A stretch of DNA of 64,000 nt, from contig MU058244.1 in assembly GCA_013265495.1 (NCBI GenBank), positions 250,001 to 314,000 of the forward strand. The letters run 5' to 3'. The notes below the pieces were generated by a model. The model did no database searches, was not told where the DNA came from, and saw only the letters and a list, made by a program, of their open reading frames with translations. The DNA is from Vicugna vicugna. Taxonomy: Eukaryota. Positions 24,807 to 38,012 of the stretch are shown here, one piece after another. The position numbers were made by a program, and so were the translations under genes. Numbering within the stretch: the stretch's first letter is position 1; every line of letters begins with the position of its first letter.

Positions 24807-25299
24807 TCTTGACTGAAATAAAATGTGCAATTTAAAAGTTGAGAATTATGTTTCATTTGGTGGATTTTCTTAGGACTTGAGCCGGGGATACAGCCTCATA
24901 GATTGCTCCAAGAGGCTGCTCCAAAGTGGCAAGGTAGAAGCCAGGATATATCAGTTTTTGCAACAAAGATCAGGTAGTCAGAACATTATTGTTAAAGAAA
25001 ACCAGATATCTCAAGTTAAGGAATTTAGTGCTTCTACGTGTGGGAAGGTGGAAAGGTTTGGACTCACTGAAATCATTCTTTTGAGATGCACCTTAGCTCT
25101 CTGGGACCTGTATCCTGTGCTTCTCCATCCTGAGTTCCCTGGGGGGAACGGCTGGGCGGGGCTGCAGAGGCCGGGCTGCCTGCTTGTCTGCATCCTGCGT
25201 TCCTTTTGCTCACTGTCTAGGGGTGGCGGTAGCGGCTGATGACCCGATGGCCGCAGCATCCTTTGTGTACTGATACGGCTGCAACGTGTTTCATTCACA
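24807..25299 (-). mobile_element. ERV1-class solo LTR, MER41-like (artiodactyl type)
   Basis: Motifs 'gttaaagaaaaccagatatctcaagttaaggaatttag' and 'gatggccgcagcatcctttg..tactgata'; ends 'ttcaca'; near-TSD CTCA/CCCA. Confidence 0.75.
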
Positions 25300-25539
25300 C
25301 CCAGGGGCAGAGCCCCAGGCGGGCGCACAGCCCCAGGCAGGCGCAGGGCGCAGAGCGCAGGACTGGCTCCTGGGCAAGGAGGGGTCCTGCACAGGCGCAG
25401 AGTGGGGCACCCCACAACTTGGCTGCAGGAGAGTTGAGGGCGCACAGACTGAGGAGGGGTGGGGGGCAGGGGTGAGTCAAGATGATCGTCAGGCGAGCTG
25501 AGGGGAAAACCCGGTGGAGCCCGTGCCTGGGAACTGGGC

Positions 25540-26220
25540 AACGGGTCGACACCGGAGCAGCCGGGAGACTGCAACTGCTCAGCAAGGGGCGCGCAAGTGC
25601 CTGAGTGGCGGTGAAGCCGGCGCTGCGCAGGCGGCGAGCGAGGTCGGTCCGCACAGGCGCAGTGGGGCGGCCGCGGTGCGCACGCGCGGACGGGGCGCCC
25701 TCGTCCCCGCTGCCTGAAAACGCCTGCAAGCTGCGGCCAGCGTGTCTCCCCCGGTTCCGCCGCGCGCTGTGCTTCCGCAGGGCCTACTGGTGCCCGCTGT
25801 GTGTGGCGACCTCCAGGCAGGAGCCTGTAGCGGGAGCCGCCCAGCCTGTCACGCGGCGGCTCCGCGGGCTCCGCTGGACGGGCGCGGGGTGACGCGTGTG
25901 CCCGCAAGGTCCGCGCGGGCCTGTGACGCCATCGGAAGACGACAGGAAGCGCGACGCCCACCCGCCCCTCCGCCTTCTCCTCCCCTCCCGCTCCGGGTCC
26001 GCGCTCCGTGTCCCCCTCTGCGTAGGTCCCCGCTCCGTGCTCCGCCCCTTTCCCTTCTCTGGCGCCGCCTTGCTTCTGCCGCACTCCGTGGGTTCCAGTT
26101 GTACCGAACTGCTGGGGTCGCCCTCATTGTCACGTTGTTTAACTGGGTTTCCCGCCTCCCGCCCTTGCTCGAGCCCCCCATCCCCGTCTCTGCACTTTGT
26201 CTTCCGAGGCTGACCTCAGG
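25540..26220. promoter_or_regulatory. Second CpG island with housekeeping-type promoter motifs, gene not identified
   Basis: Dense CpG; TGACGC twice (~25890, ~25925); ETS cores CGGAAG and CAGGAAG (~25933-25949); YY1-like GATGGCG on the minus strand; NRF1-like TGCGCAGGCG (~25624); GC boxes. Confidence 0.75.
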
Positions 26221-26282
26221 TGGCATCTCCTCTCTTCCTAGCTTTTCCTGACCCTCGAGAGTGTGCTGGTTGACTTAATTAC

Positions 26283-29200
26283 TTTATTTTATTGAAGTAT
26301 AGTTAATTTATAATGTGTTAGATTATGGTGTACAGCATAGTGATTCAGTTTAATGTATATTCTTTTCCATATGTCTATTGAATGTATATTGAATATAGTC
26401 AGTGTCATTACAAGATATTGAATGGGCTCCCTGTGCTATACAGCAGGACTTTGTTGTTTAATCTGTTTTATATATAGTAGTTTATATCTGCTAATCCCAA
26501 ACTCCTGATTTATCCTCTCCTTCCCTTTTGGTGACTATATATTTGTTTTCTATGTCTGTGAGTCTGTTTCTGTTTTGTAAATAAGTACATATGTATTTTT
26601 TTTTAAGATTCCACATACAAATGATACCATATGATATTTATCTTTCTCTGACTTACTTCACTTAGTATGATAATCTCTGGGTCCATCCATGTTGATGCAA
26701 ATGGCATTGTTTAATTTTTTATGGCTGAGTAGTAGTCCATTGTATCAATATACCACAGCGTCTTTATCCAGTCATCTGTTGATGGACATTTAGGTTGTTT
26801 CCATGTCTCGGCTATTGTAAGTAGTGTTGCTGTGAACACCGGGGTGCATGTGTCTTTCTGAATTAGAGTGTTCTCCAGATAAATGCCCAGGAATGGGATT
26901 GCTGGGTCATATGGCAAGTCTATTTTTAGTTTTGCAAGGAGCCTCCAGACTGTTTTCCACAATGACTGCACCGAACTACATTCCTTCCAGCATTTGTAGG
27001 AGGGCTCCCTTTTCTCCACACGCTCTCCAGTGTTTATCGTTTGTGGACTTTTTAAATGATGGCCATTCTGACCTGTGTGAGGTGATACCTCATAGTTTTG
27101 ATTGGCATTTCTCTGATAATTAGCAATATTGAGCATCTTTCATGTGCCTATTGGTCATGTGCATGTCTTTGGAGAAATGTCTAGGTCATCTGCCCATTTT
27201 TGAATTGGGTTTTGTTGCTGTTGTTGTTATTGAGTTGTACTAGCTGTTTATATATTCTGGAAATTAAGCCCTTGTCCCGCACTTGCATCGTTTGCAAATA
27301 TTTTCCACCAATCAGTAGGTTGTCTTTTTGTTTTGTTTATCATTTCCTTATAAGTTTAATTATATCCTATTTGTTTATTTTTGCTTTTATTTCTATTGCC
27401 TTGGGACATTGGCCTAGGAGAACATTGCTGAGATTTATGTCAGATAATGTTTTGCTTATGTTCTCTTCTAGGAGTTCTATGGTGCTTGGTCTTATGTTTA
27501 AGTCTTTGAGCCATTTTGAGTTTATTTTTGTGTATGGCGTGAGGGAGTATTCTAACTTCATTGATTTACATACAGCTGTGCAGCTTTCCCAACACCACTT
27601 GCTGAAGAGGCTGTCTTTTCTCCATTAAATGTTCTTGCCTCCTTTTTTGAAGATTAATTGACAATAGGTGTGTGGGTTTATTTCTGGGCTCTCTATTCTG
27701 TTCCACTGATCCATATGTCTGTTTTTGTACTGATACCACGCTGTTTTGATCACTGTAGGTCGGTAGTGTTGTCTGAAGTTTGGGAAAGTTATACCTCCAG
27801 CTTTGTTCTTTTCCCTCAGGATTGCTTTGGCAGTTCTGGGTCTTTTGTGTTTCCATATAAATTTTAGGATTATTTGAAAAAATGTCCTGGGTAATTTGAT
27901 AGAGATCATATTAAATCTGTAGATTGTTTTGGGTACTATAGCCATTTTAACAATGAAAAAACTCAACATTGATTCTACCAATCCAAGAACATGGGATATC
28001 GTTCCATTTCTCTGAGTCATTTTCCTTTTCCTTTATCAGTGTTTTATGGGTCTTAGCATATAAGTCTTTCACCTCCTTGGGCAGGTTTATTCCTAACATT
28101 TTTTTTTTGGCAGGGGTACGCGATTTTAAAAGAGATTTTTTTTTAACCTTCCTTTTCTGATACTTCCTTGTTAGTGTAAAGAAATGCAACAGATTTCTGT
28201 ATGTTAATCTTGTCTCTTCCTACCTTGCTGATTTATCAGTTCTGGTAGTTTTTCTGTGGAGTCTTTAGGGTTTTCTAAACTGCATGTAGTGACCATTTTA
28301 CCTTTTCCCTTCCAACTTTGACCATTTTGTTTCTTTTTCTTTTCAGATTGCTGTGGCTAGGACTTCCAATACTGTGTTGAGTAGAAGTGGTAAGAGTGAG
28401 TATTCTTATCTTGCTCCAGATTTTAGCAGGAAGGCTTTCAGCTTTTCACTGTTGACTATTAATATTAAATGAATAGCTTTTATTAGGTTGAGATATGTTC
28501 CCTCTACACCCACTTTGGTGAGAGTGTTTGTCATGAATGGATGTTGACTTTTATCAAATGCATTTTCTGCATCTATGGAGATGATCATGTGGTTTTTGTC
28601 CTTTTTTGTTGACATGATGTGGTGTATCATGTTGATTGAACTGCATACGTTGAACCATCCCTGTGACCTGGAGATGAATCCAAGGAACATAGTGTATGGT
28701 ATTTTTATGTTGTTGGATACTGTTTACTAATATTTTGTTGAGAATTTTTGCATCTTTATTCACCAAAGATATTCACCTGTAATTTTCTTTTCTTTTCTTT
28801 TTTAAAATTTCTTTTCTTTTTTAAAATTTTTTGGTGGGGTGGTAGTTAGGTTTATTTATTTACCTTTTTTTGTTTTTTTTTTAATCAGAGGTACTGGGGA
28901 TTGAACCCAGGACCTTCCACATGCTAAGCATGCGCTCTGACACTGAGTTATACCTCCTCACCTGTAATTTTCTTTTTTGATAGTGTCTTTGTTTGGTTTT
29001 GGTATCAGGGTGATGGTGACTTCATAGAATCGACTCTGGGAGAAAGTCCGTCCTCTTCATTCTTTTGGAAGAGTTTGAGAAGGGTTATTATAAGTTCTTT
29101 GTATGTTTGGTAGAATTTCCAGTGAAGCCGTTAGTTCTGGACTTTGGTTTGCAGGGTGTTTTATTTAAATTACAAATTCTATTTCACTTCCAGTGATCAG

Positions 29201-32040
29201 TTTGTTCAAATTATCTATTTCTTCTTGATTCAGTTTTGGTGGACTGTATGTTTTTGGAAACTTGTCCATTTCTTCTGGTTGTCCAGTTTGTTGGCATATA
29301 ATTGTTCATAGTATTCTCTCTCTCTCTCTCTTTTGTGTGTGTGTGTGTATTTGTAGTATCAGTTGTTATTCCTCCTCTTTCGTTTCTTATTTTGCTTATT
29401 TGAGTCCGAGCTTTTCTTCTTGGGAGCCTAGCCAGAGGGTTATCGATATTGTTTACTCTTTTAAAAGTCAACTTTTGGTTTTATTGATTTTCTCTATTGT
29501 TTTTTCGTCTCTATTTTATTTATTTCCTCCCTGATCTTTATTATTTCTTTCCTTCTGCTGATTTTAGGTTTTGTTTGTTCTTCTTTTTCTAATTCTTTTA
29601 GGTGGCAGGTTAGGTTGTTTATTTGAGATTGTTCTTGTCTTTTGAGGAAGGCCTGTGTCGCTATGAACTGCCCTTTTAGGACTGCTTTCGCAGCAACCCT
29701 TAGCTTTTGGGTGGTTGTGTTTTCATTGTCATTTGTCTTGAGATATCTTTTTAATTTCTTACTTGATTTCATCGTTGACCTATTGGTTGTTTAGTAGCAT
29801 GTTGTTTAGTCTCCATGCAGTCTCTTTTTTCTCATTTCTCTTTCTGTGGTCGATTTCTAATTTCATGCCACTGTGGTCAGAAAATATGCTTGATATAATT
29901 TCTATCCTTTTCAATTTGTTGAGGCTTATATTGTGGCTGAGTATGTGGTCTATCCTAGAGAATATTCCATGTGCACTTGAAAAGACTGTATGTTCTGTTT
30001 CTTTTTTGGATGTAATATGCTGAAAATATCAATTAAGTATAACTGTTCTGTTGTAACATTTGGGATCTCTGTGGTCTTACTGATTTTGAAGTATGTTAAC
30101 CCATTATTATATCTATTTGCTTTAGACTGATAATCATACAGGCTTAAACACATTATGTAAAAAAAAAAAGAAAAAAAATCTACATTTTCTTACCCCCTCC
30201 CTGCCCACACGCACAGTTTATGATTTTGGTGTCCTCTTTTACATCTTCATGTTTATTCTTTTGCTGTTCATTGTACTTATCATCATATTTCCAATTGTGC
30301 TTTTTCCTTTTCTGTAGATTCTTACTTCCTTTCTATTTAGAGAAGACCTTCCAATATTTCTTTTAGGGTGGGTTGAGTATTGCTTATTCTTTTAGTTTTT
30401 GCTTGTCTGTGAGATTCTTTCTCTCTCCTCTGTTCTAAAGAATAGTCTTGCTGGGTAGAGTATCCTAGGTTGCAGATTTTTCTCTTTCAGGACTTGGAAC
30501 ATACCTTGTCATTCCCTCTGGCCAGCAGCATTTCTGCAGAGAAATCAGCTGATAACCGTATGGGATTTCCGTGAAACTAGTTCTTTGCTTTTCTCTTGCT
30601 GCCTTTAGAATCTTCTCTTTATCTTTAACTTTTGCCATCAACTTATAAAATGTCTTGGTGCAGGTCTGTTTGGGTTTGTCTTGTTTGGGACCCTCTGTGC
30701 TTCCTGTACCTGGATATCTGCTTCCTTTTTTAGGTTTGGGAAGTTTTCAGCCATGATTTCTTCAAATACATTTTTGATCTCCCTTTCTCTTTCTTCTCCT
30801 TCTGGGACCCCTATAATGCACAGATTGGCACTCTTTATATGATCCCCTAGGTCTTGTCTGTTGCTCTCATTTTTTCCCGTTGGTCTTTCTGCCTGCTGTT
30901 CTGAGTGGGTGATTTCCATTGTCCTGTCTTCCTGTCTTCCAGATCACTTACTCATTCTTTGGCATTATCCAGTTTGCCATTTATTGCCTGTAGCTCAACT
31001 TTTGACTCGACAAATGAGTTTTCTAATTTTACTTGGTTTCTCTTTATACTTTCTAGTTCCTTGTCACAGTAATCGACATTTCTGTTGACAGCCTTTCTTA
31101 ATTCCTTCAGTAGTTTTATCATCTCCCTTTTCAGCTTGAGCTCTGATAGACTGGAGAGGTCTCTTTGCTCTTTCAGGGGATTTCTCTTGATCTTTTAATT
31201 GGGAGTGGTTCCTCTGCTTCTTCATCTATTTATATTTCTCTAAGTCTATGAATTTAGGAGTAATAGTTATCTACTGTGGTCTTGAAGGGCTGTTTTTATG
31301 TCGGAGCGTCCATGTGTAGCCTGTGTGCATCTAATATTTTGGTTGCCAGGTCTCTTTTCAGCATGGGTGGCTGCCACGTCTTTCCTCCACGTGTGCTGGC
31401 TGGCATCCCCTTGACAGGGAGTGTGATTGGTGTTGTGCCCAGAGCCTGTTCTGGATGTTGAGTAGGGCCTCCTCTTTGCTGTGTGGTTGTCACGGCCCTG
31501 TTGGGAGCCATGTCTGCTCCCCCGTCGTTGGAGTAGAGGCCCCCCATCCATTTCTGAGCAGTGGTGCGAAGCAGGCTGGACTGGAGCATTCCTGCTGGGA
31601 GAGGAACCACTGAATCTTCCTCTAGAGGACCTGTCAACCGGAAAGTGTAGTCTGTGATACTGCCTGTCACCTGTGTGTGGGCTTACAGAATCCACTGCTG
31701 TTGGTGCTGCCCTCCGCCCCCTCAGCCGTGCACATGCAGGCAGTCTGCCTGGGTGTCCCTCAGGCACTGTACTCACAGAGCCACCCCGGCAGATCTACAG
31801 GTGTCAGGCACCGGGACCCGCTGTAGTCACATGTATTTGCACACCTGCAACTGCCGTGGGAACTAAGAAGTCAGCCCAGGCCCCAGTCCTGCCTCCTTGT
31901 GCTTGCGCTGCTGCTAACCTGCCCAGTGCGCAGCAGTGATCGGCTGGGATGTCCCGCAGGTGCTGTAAATCTGCCAGAGCCACCGGGAAATGGGCTCAGA
32001 TGTCAGCCCTGCCTCCACGTGGGGGCAGCCCGCTGTGAGC
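26283..32040 (-). mobile_element. Decayed near-full-length L1 (5' UTR, ORF1 and ORF2 remnants, 3' UTR)
   Basis: ORF-track fragments match L1 ORF2 (26711-27136, 27367-27561, 27625-28020, 28406-28690, 29494-29772) and ORF1 (30638-30919, IIGVPEGEEREREIKNVFEEIMAENFPNL); many frameshifts; the start of ORF2 appears deleted at ~30087; 5' boundary approximate. Confidence 0.93.
28791..28959 (-). mobile_element. tRNA-derived SINE (Vic-1-like) inserted into the old L1
   Basis: Reverse strand reads GGTATAACTCAGTG...GGTCCTGGGTTCAATCCCCAGTACCTC plus A tail; flanking repeat TCACCTGTAATTTTCTTT at 28773-28790 and 28958-28975. Confidence 0.92.
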
Positions 32041-33309
32041 TGCTTGACTGAAAGCTGTGCTTTCCAGCTTGGATTTCTTAGACCTCTTAGGGGTGTGAAG
32101 AGGTTAACAGTGGGGCACTGAAAGTATATTTTCCAGTATTTTAAAAAGCCTTTGGGAGCCGCATCTCGCATCCACAGTTTGGCACACTTGCTGACGTGTC
32201 GGTGTTTTGGTTTTATTTCACCTTGTTGGAGTCACCCTAATGACCTCATGCCCCAGTGTGCCGGTTCTGTGGGGGCAGATTCCCTTGATTAAAATGTAGG
32301 CGAGGTTCAGGGATGAGAAGTGGTGAAAAGGAGGCCTAGTCGTGGGGATGAGATGAGGGGCTGACTCCCAAGTGACCTCAAGGGTGACGTTGGTGGAGCT
32401 GGACCATTGCACGTACTCTGAGCTGCGCCCGTGCCGTGAGCGGGCCCACAGAGCCACCTCTGGCTTGTGCAGATCCTCGTGCAGGATGGACAAGGCCTCC
32501 CAGGACGCAGGCCAGATGTGTTGGCTTCAGGCCGGTGGGCCTCGTGGATAAGGGGCCTGGTGGGCAGAGCCCCTCACTGGGCACAATTGTCAGCTGTACC
32601 CGCAGCCCTGGACCAGAAGGCTTTTCTCACCACCCCACCCAGACTGAGGGGCAGTGCAGACTGATGGTGGGTGAACCAATGCTATGATTCTGGGTTTTGG
32701 TGAGAGTGATTTCAGACAGCTCACTGGAGTGACCTGAGGAGGGGCAGGTGCAAACCAGCTTTACACAGTGGGTAGTTGTTGATATTTTCAGCCTTTTCCT
32801 TGTGTTTAGTTCACCCGGGGCTCCTTTTGATTTTTTGTGAAAGGATAATTTGGCCAGCCTGGGATTAGCACCACCCAGCCATGTAGACCTGGGAGAAGTG
32901 GTATCCAGCAGTGGGCGGGGGGAGCCATGTCCACCTTGGGTGCAGGGAGCATTGGCATCAGCTCTTCTGCAGCAGGCTGAGCTGCTGGACTCGCCTGACA
33001 AGTCACAGCCCAGCGTTCTTGACCTTGGATCCCAAACGCGCATAGGGTGTGCACAGGACACAGACCAGCTGCAGAGGGTCAGACTGCAGGCATGAGGCCG
33101 AGCCTGGCGCGGTCAGATGGGCAAAGTTTATTTTATTTAAAATATATTTATTCCTTCATTATGAGAGTAACAGGTAGAAGAAAAACTTCCCTGAAGCCAA
33201 TGAGATCTTTTGGTTAATGTTAAAAGCTTATGAAAATACATAATGAAAAAAAGGAGGCAGACATACTTTACATGTATTTTTAACTTAAAACTTTAAATAT
33301 CTATGTGCT

Positions 33310-33590
33310 ATTTTTTTAAATAACTGCATTGAGGTATACTTTTTATACAGTGAAATTTTCAGGTTTTAACTGTGCATTTTGATAAGTTCTGCAAGTGTAT
33401 GACATCAATCAAGACGCACTGTGTTTTCAGCACTCCAGGAAGTCCCCTCAGCCCCTCCTGGGGTCAGCTACCCAAAGGCCACCACACTTCTGGCCTCTGT
33501 CCCCAGACCAGTGGTGTGGCCAGTTCCAGCACTGGTGGTGACTCTCTGGATGTTTCTGCATAGGGCCAGATACTTCTGTTTAATGTTGGT
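33310..33590 (-). mobile_element. Ancient L1 (L1MB/MC-type) 3' end relic
   Basis: 'ttttttaaataactgcattgaggtatac...tttcagcactccaggaagtcccctc' layout. Confidence 0.55.
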
Positions 33591-33600
33591 CTGCTGACTG

Positions 33601-34214
33601 TGAAACTGAGCGGGACCCTGTAGGGCCTTCTTGGGGACAGAGCCCCGTGTCCTCTGCCTCTTGTTTGTAGAAAAGCTGTGGCTTCCTGGGCCTTCCCTGA
33701 GTTCCAAAGAGCAAATTTAATCTGAGAAGGGAGAAAATGCAGAAACAGGAAAACAGTCAAGCAAGACAAAACAGTAATAGTTTAGCCCTAAAACAAACCA
33801 AGGATCTTTAGTTCCTCCTCGCAGGCTGTAGATGATATTCTGAGCCACGTCCCTGAGCTGCTTTGCAGATGCTGCATCCCCTGCCAGGTGGAGGATATTA
33901 ACTGAATGCTGACCACAGCACGTAGACCCCAGACCCACTGGACCCAGAGGGTTGATAAGGTCCAACCCAAAGTAGCACCCTCTCACCTTAGCACCAGCCA
34001 GTCAGAAGGGCATCTGCAACCCTCGCCCCGATGGTGCCTCTTATCACCCTCCCTGAAAGCTGGCAGGGTTTCTTGTCCCTTGAACACGAGCTGCCTGTGC
34101 CCCTTGCTTGGCCCCATGTCGGGCGCCTGTGGTCACCACCGCACTTTCCTTCCCTGCGACCCGGTGCCAGTCGACTGGCTTGCTGTGTGAGGACCCAAGT
34201 CTGATTCAGTAACA
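33601..34214 (+). mobile_element. ERV1-class solo LTR, family Y copy 1
   Basis: TGAAACTGAG...CAGTAACA termini; 4-bp TSD ACTG (33597-33600, 34215-34218); related to 46054-46730 in opposite orientation. Confidence 0.9.
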
Positions 34215-37200
34215 ACTGGAGTCCATGGCCTTTGTTTTTTAGGTTGTACCACACCCTTAATCCATCTTTCTAAGATGCCAGTTTCAGAATTTCTTTAAAG
34301 TGTAGACAAGGTGAATAGAAATCAGTCTAAGACCAGAATTCTTCAAGAGATTCACATTTTCCCCCGTTTTTAAAGAGTTATCTTGTCTACACCTAGTTCA
34401 AAAGCAATTTTAAAGCAACCTCAATTTTCTTGTATCTTGAATTCCCAAACCATTTATCTTGGTTTTCATAGAAGCAGCTTTGATTTGTGATCGGTCTACG
34501 TAGTATTTAGTGAAATTACACAGGAAGAGCAAGCACACCCCCCCAGGATCTCGGGGACCACAGTTCGGCTGAGGGAAGTTCACGGACAAGAGGAGGCAGC
34601 CTGCCTGCCTTTGAGGGCTTGAGCCGGTGAAACAAAGGTCATGGACTTGGTAGAGCAGAGGTCAGTGTATTATAGCTTCTCACGTAAAAGTAGATCAGAA
34701 CACACACATGAGCCTACACTCAGTCTTCTGCTTTCAGCGTTCTGCCATATAGTTTCCCAATCTCTGCCAAGTGGTTTTGTGAACACGGGGGACAGTCCAT
34801 GTCCACCAAAGTGCCCTCACTGCTGACACCAAGTGCAGGTTTAGTTCCCTTAACGGGTAAAGCGCTTTATAGACAGACACTTCAACAGACAGCAGACAGC
34901 AAGTGCTTGGAGAGGTCTGTCCCAAGCCAGGAAACTTAGACAACCATCGACGTGAGGAAAGAAGGTTCAGCTGCACAAGTAGGTGCAAATTAAAACCAGA
35001 TTCCTCTTCTCCCGCCTGAGGGATAGAGGTTAAAGGCATCACCACAGCCCCCGGTAGGCAGGGGGACCGGAAAAGTGCACGTGGCCATCCTCTCGGCACC
35101 AAAGACGTGGACAGGTGTCACCTGTGGGCCTGGGGCCCCTTGTGCAGAGTCGAGCAGGCACCAGTCCTCATCTGAGAATAAGAGCAAAGTGTCTCCAGTG
35201 CTCGTCAGAACCTTTCGAGAAAACACCTAAGGGGCGTCACACCCACAGAACTTCCTGCACTGCTCCCCTGCCCGCTCCCCTTGGCATCTCCTCCCCGGCA
35301 GGCGTGGGGCTGTACCGGCCCTCACGCCCCACTCCTCACCCCGAGCTCAGGTCCTCTAGCTCAGGCTTCACTGTGGAGACGCAGCCTCTCCGACTTCCTC
35401 CTTCCATGGGGACCTAGTTCTCTGAGAGGAAGGGGTCCTAGAGCTGCGTCCTCCTGGGTGCACGGTGGGGCCATGCGAGGGAAGAGCGCGTGGGCCGTGG
35501 ACATCAAGCAAAGTCAGCATGGTGAAATGTGTAGCCGCACATGATCGCTTTGTCTGTTTCCTTTCACCCTAATTTCAAGCCTGTGGTTTTGTAATCCGTT
35601 GTTCCGAAGAACTTGGTGTGTTCTAAATCAGAATTACCCTGAAGTTAATAGGTAAGCAGATTCTCATAGAAGAAAAAGCTAAGTGGGGAAGGGAGTGCAG
35701 GGAGAGTGCTCTTGGGAAGTTCTGATCTAAAAATACACCCAGAGTGACCGTTTCTTACCACCTCCCCCAGCACAGTGAAGACAGCGACGGTGAGGTGTTC
35801 GAGGCCGTGCTGGTACCCTGTTTCTCCTCAGGTTTCCCCGGTCACTGGAAACAGCTGTTACAGGCTTGGTTGCCTGACGGTGACATCCTATTTCCCCTAT
35901 TCGGTCTAGGTTTATTAATCAGAATTTTTCTCTAGGAAAACAGTTTCCTCCACATTTCTTTCTTTATTTGAATATGTAATTACATCAGCGTGGACTCTGA
36001 TGTTGGGTCTCTGGCTGGTCGCCTGGTACCATCATTACTGATGAATGAACAGCACACTCATCACATTAGTAAGTGCAGCAGGGGAGGGAGGGCAGGGAGG
36101 CCGTGCTCCCCCCGGGCTCAGCGTCCACACCGCGGGGAGCGGTGCCACGCCTGCCTGCGTCCTTTGAAGTGCAGGGCAGCTGATAAAGGGACCTCTCTGT
36201 GGACACGTTGGCACAAGCTACCAACCGTTCCCAGCGGAGCTCTGGGCGGTAGAAATAACCACATGTTTTCTGTTTTATGCAGAAAAGAGGAAATATGCAG
36301 TGTATTTTGTAGCATTTACTATATTTGAAAACCTGAATTTTTTTCCACGTGTGGTTTTTGAATGTCTTTGGAGCTGTCCTTGGAGGAGAAGACGTGATTT
36401 CACCCAGGGCCCCCCACTCCGCAGTCCGATATGCAGGAAGCAACTCCGGGAGACAGGGGACATCCCCCCAGCGGACCTGCAGGAAGCCCCCAGATCAGGT
36501 CACCAGGGGCCACTGGCGGAAGGCCAGCTCTCAAGGGCCCCTGGGACCTCTGCCCAGGCAGAGGGGAGGAGGGACCTGCGCATGGCCTGTTCCGCATGCG
36601 AGGCGGGGTATGCTGTCCCTGGGCATGGGCTGCCTCCCGCTCCAGGCTCAGCGCTGGACGCTCCCTGACTGCAGGCTTCCTGAGGGGCGGGATGGGGGGT
36701 GTTGTGTGCGACCTTTGTTTTGTGAGGCTTGCTTGCTCCTGATGCCAGCGCCAGATACTGTGTCCCGGCTGTTTGTAAGATTCCCCGGTGGGAGGCAGCC
36801 GGACTAAGAGGGTCACAGGCCAGTGGTGCCCAGTGCAGCCCCGTTTGGAGGGGTGGAGCCGGAGGTAAGTGTTAGAACACGTGGAGAGAACAGTGAAGAC
36901 ACAAATGTGTAATGAACACGTTTCCTAAGAAAGTCGATGGCCATTTGGAAAATGTGATGGGGACAAACTGGGACCCAGTCTCCATAGGACAGCCCAGGGG
37001 CAGACTCCTCCAGGAAGTCAGAGGCTGCATGTGTGGAAAGCCCACAGCGTCACTGAGGCTGTGAAGGTGAGGGAGAGACAGCCACACCTGGGGGGGCAGG
37101 TGAATTCTCCTGGGTTTAAAGATTCAGGGTGAGCCAAGCAGGAGTATATCCGGTCTTTGCAATCCCCCTGCTTGGTCAGGCCCCGCGGTGGCTGTGCTCT

Positions 37201-37863
37201 TGCTCTCTGTGGTCCCCTGTGCCACCAGCCCCTGTGTCACCTCCACCAAGCACAGGAGTGACCCTCCCCCGAGCCATGGGGCTGCATCAGTAACAGCCTC
37301 CGTGCTGTCTCACCTTTAGATCAGGACGTCTGCGCTGTGATAGCTCTGATGTCCTCAGCCTCAGGCTGGGTGGGGACAGGGCTGCAGGCCTGTGGGTGCA
37401 GCTACCATCTGCTAATGTTGTTCAGAGGCTCATCTGGAGAATGGGGAACATGAAGAGCCATGGCGTTTAACAGAAGAACATCGAGGACGGAGACCCTTTG
37501 TCAGACGTTAAACCATGGTATAAAGTCACAATCACTGAGAAAATGTGGCTCAGCTGCAAGAACCACAGATCATTCCAGAAAGAATCAGAATTTAGTGTGT
37601 TCATATAGTAAGTTACTAAATGCTAATGGTATCATTAATTAATGAAGGTTTATTCAAACAGTGATATGAGATCAAGAGATAAACTACATACAATAAAACT
37701 GGAAATCCCAGATCCCCTTAGAATATGTTAAGTTCTAGGCTGATTTGACTTCAAAATAAAACCATGAAAGAACAAGAAGACAAAACAGGACAGTGTTTAT
37801 TGACTCTAAGGTAAAAAGACGTTTTTAGAAAAATGTGTAAGAAAGCACACAAAAATAGATGTG

Positions 37864-38012
37864 CTGTAGAGCACAGGGAACTGTGTTCAATGTCTTGTGA
37901 TAACCTTTAATGAAAAGAAGTGAAAACGGATATGCGTGTGTATGTGCATGACAGGGACACTGTGCTGCGCACCGGAAGCTGACACATTGTAACTGACGGT
38001 ACTTCAGTTAGA
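37864..38012 (+). mobile_element. Short 5'-truncated L1 3' end, within older L1 debris (~37580-38660)
   Basis: 'ctgtagagcacagggaactgtgttcaatgtcttgtgataacc...acttcagtt' is similar to the reverse complement of the old L1 3' UTR near 26290-26445; near-TSD AAAAATAGATGTG (37851-37863) / AAAAATAGGTTTG (38013-38025). Confidence 0.8.

Noticed and set aside
25441..25472. CGCACAGACTGAG match shared with 1120-1132 in the FAM20C island
   Set aside because: A 13-mer match is expected by chance in 64 kb and the extension is only G-rich low complexity; not evidence that the islands are paralogous.
25011..26084. 357-aa minus-strand ORF
   Set aside because: Spans a CpG island and runs into an LTR; compositionally biased; no family motif.
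34760..36068. Faint peptide resemblance to CCZ1 (FVNTGD, LNQN..EVN, DSDVG)
   Set aside because: Short matches recalled from memory, not colinear, and spacing fits neither a retrocopy nor a genomic copy; likely chance. tBLASTn would settle it.
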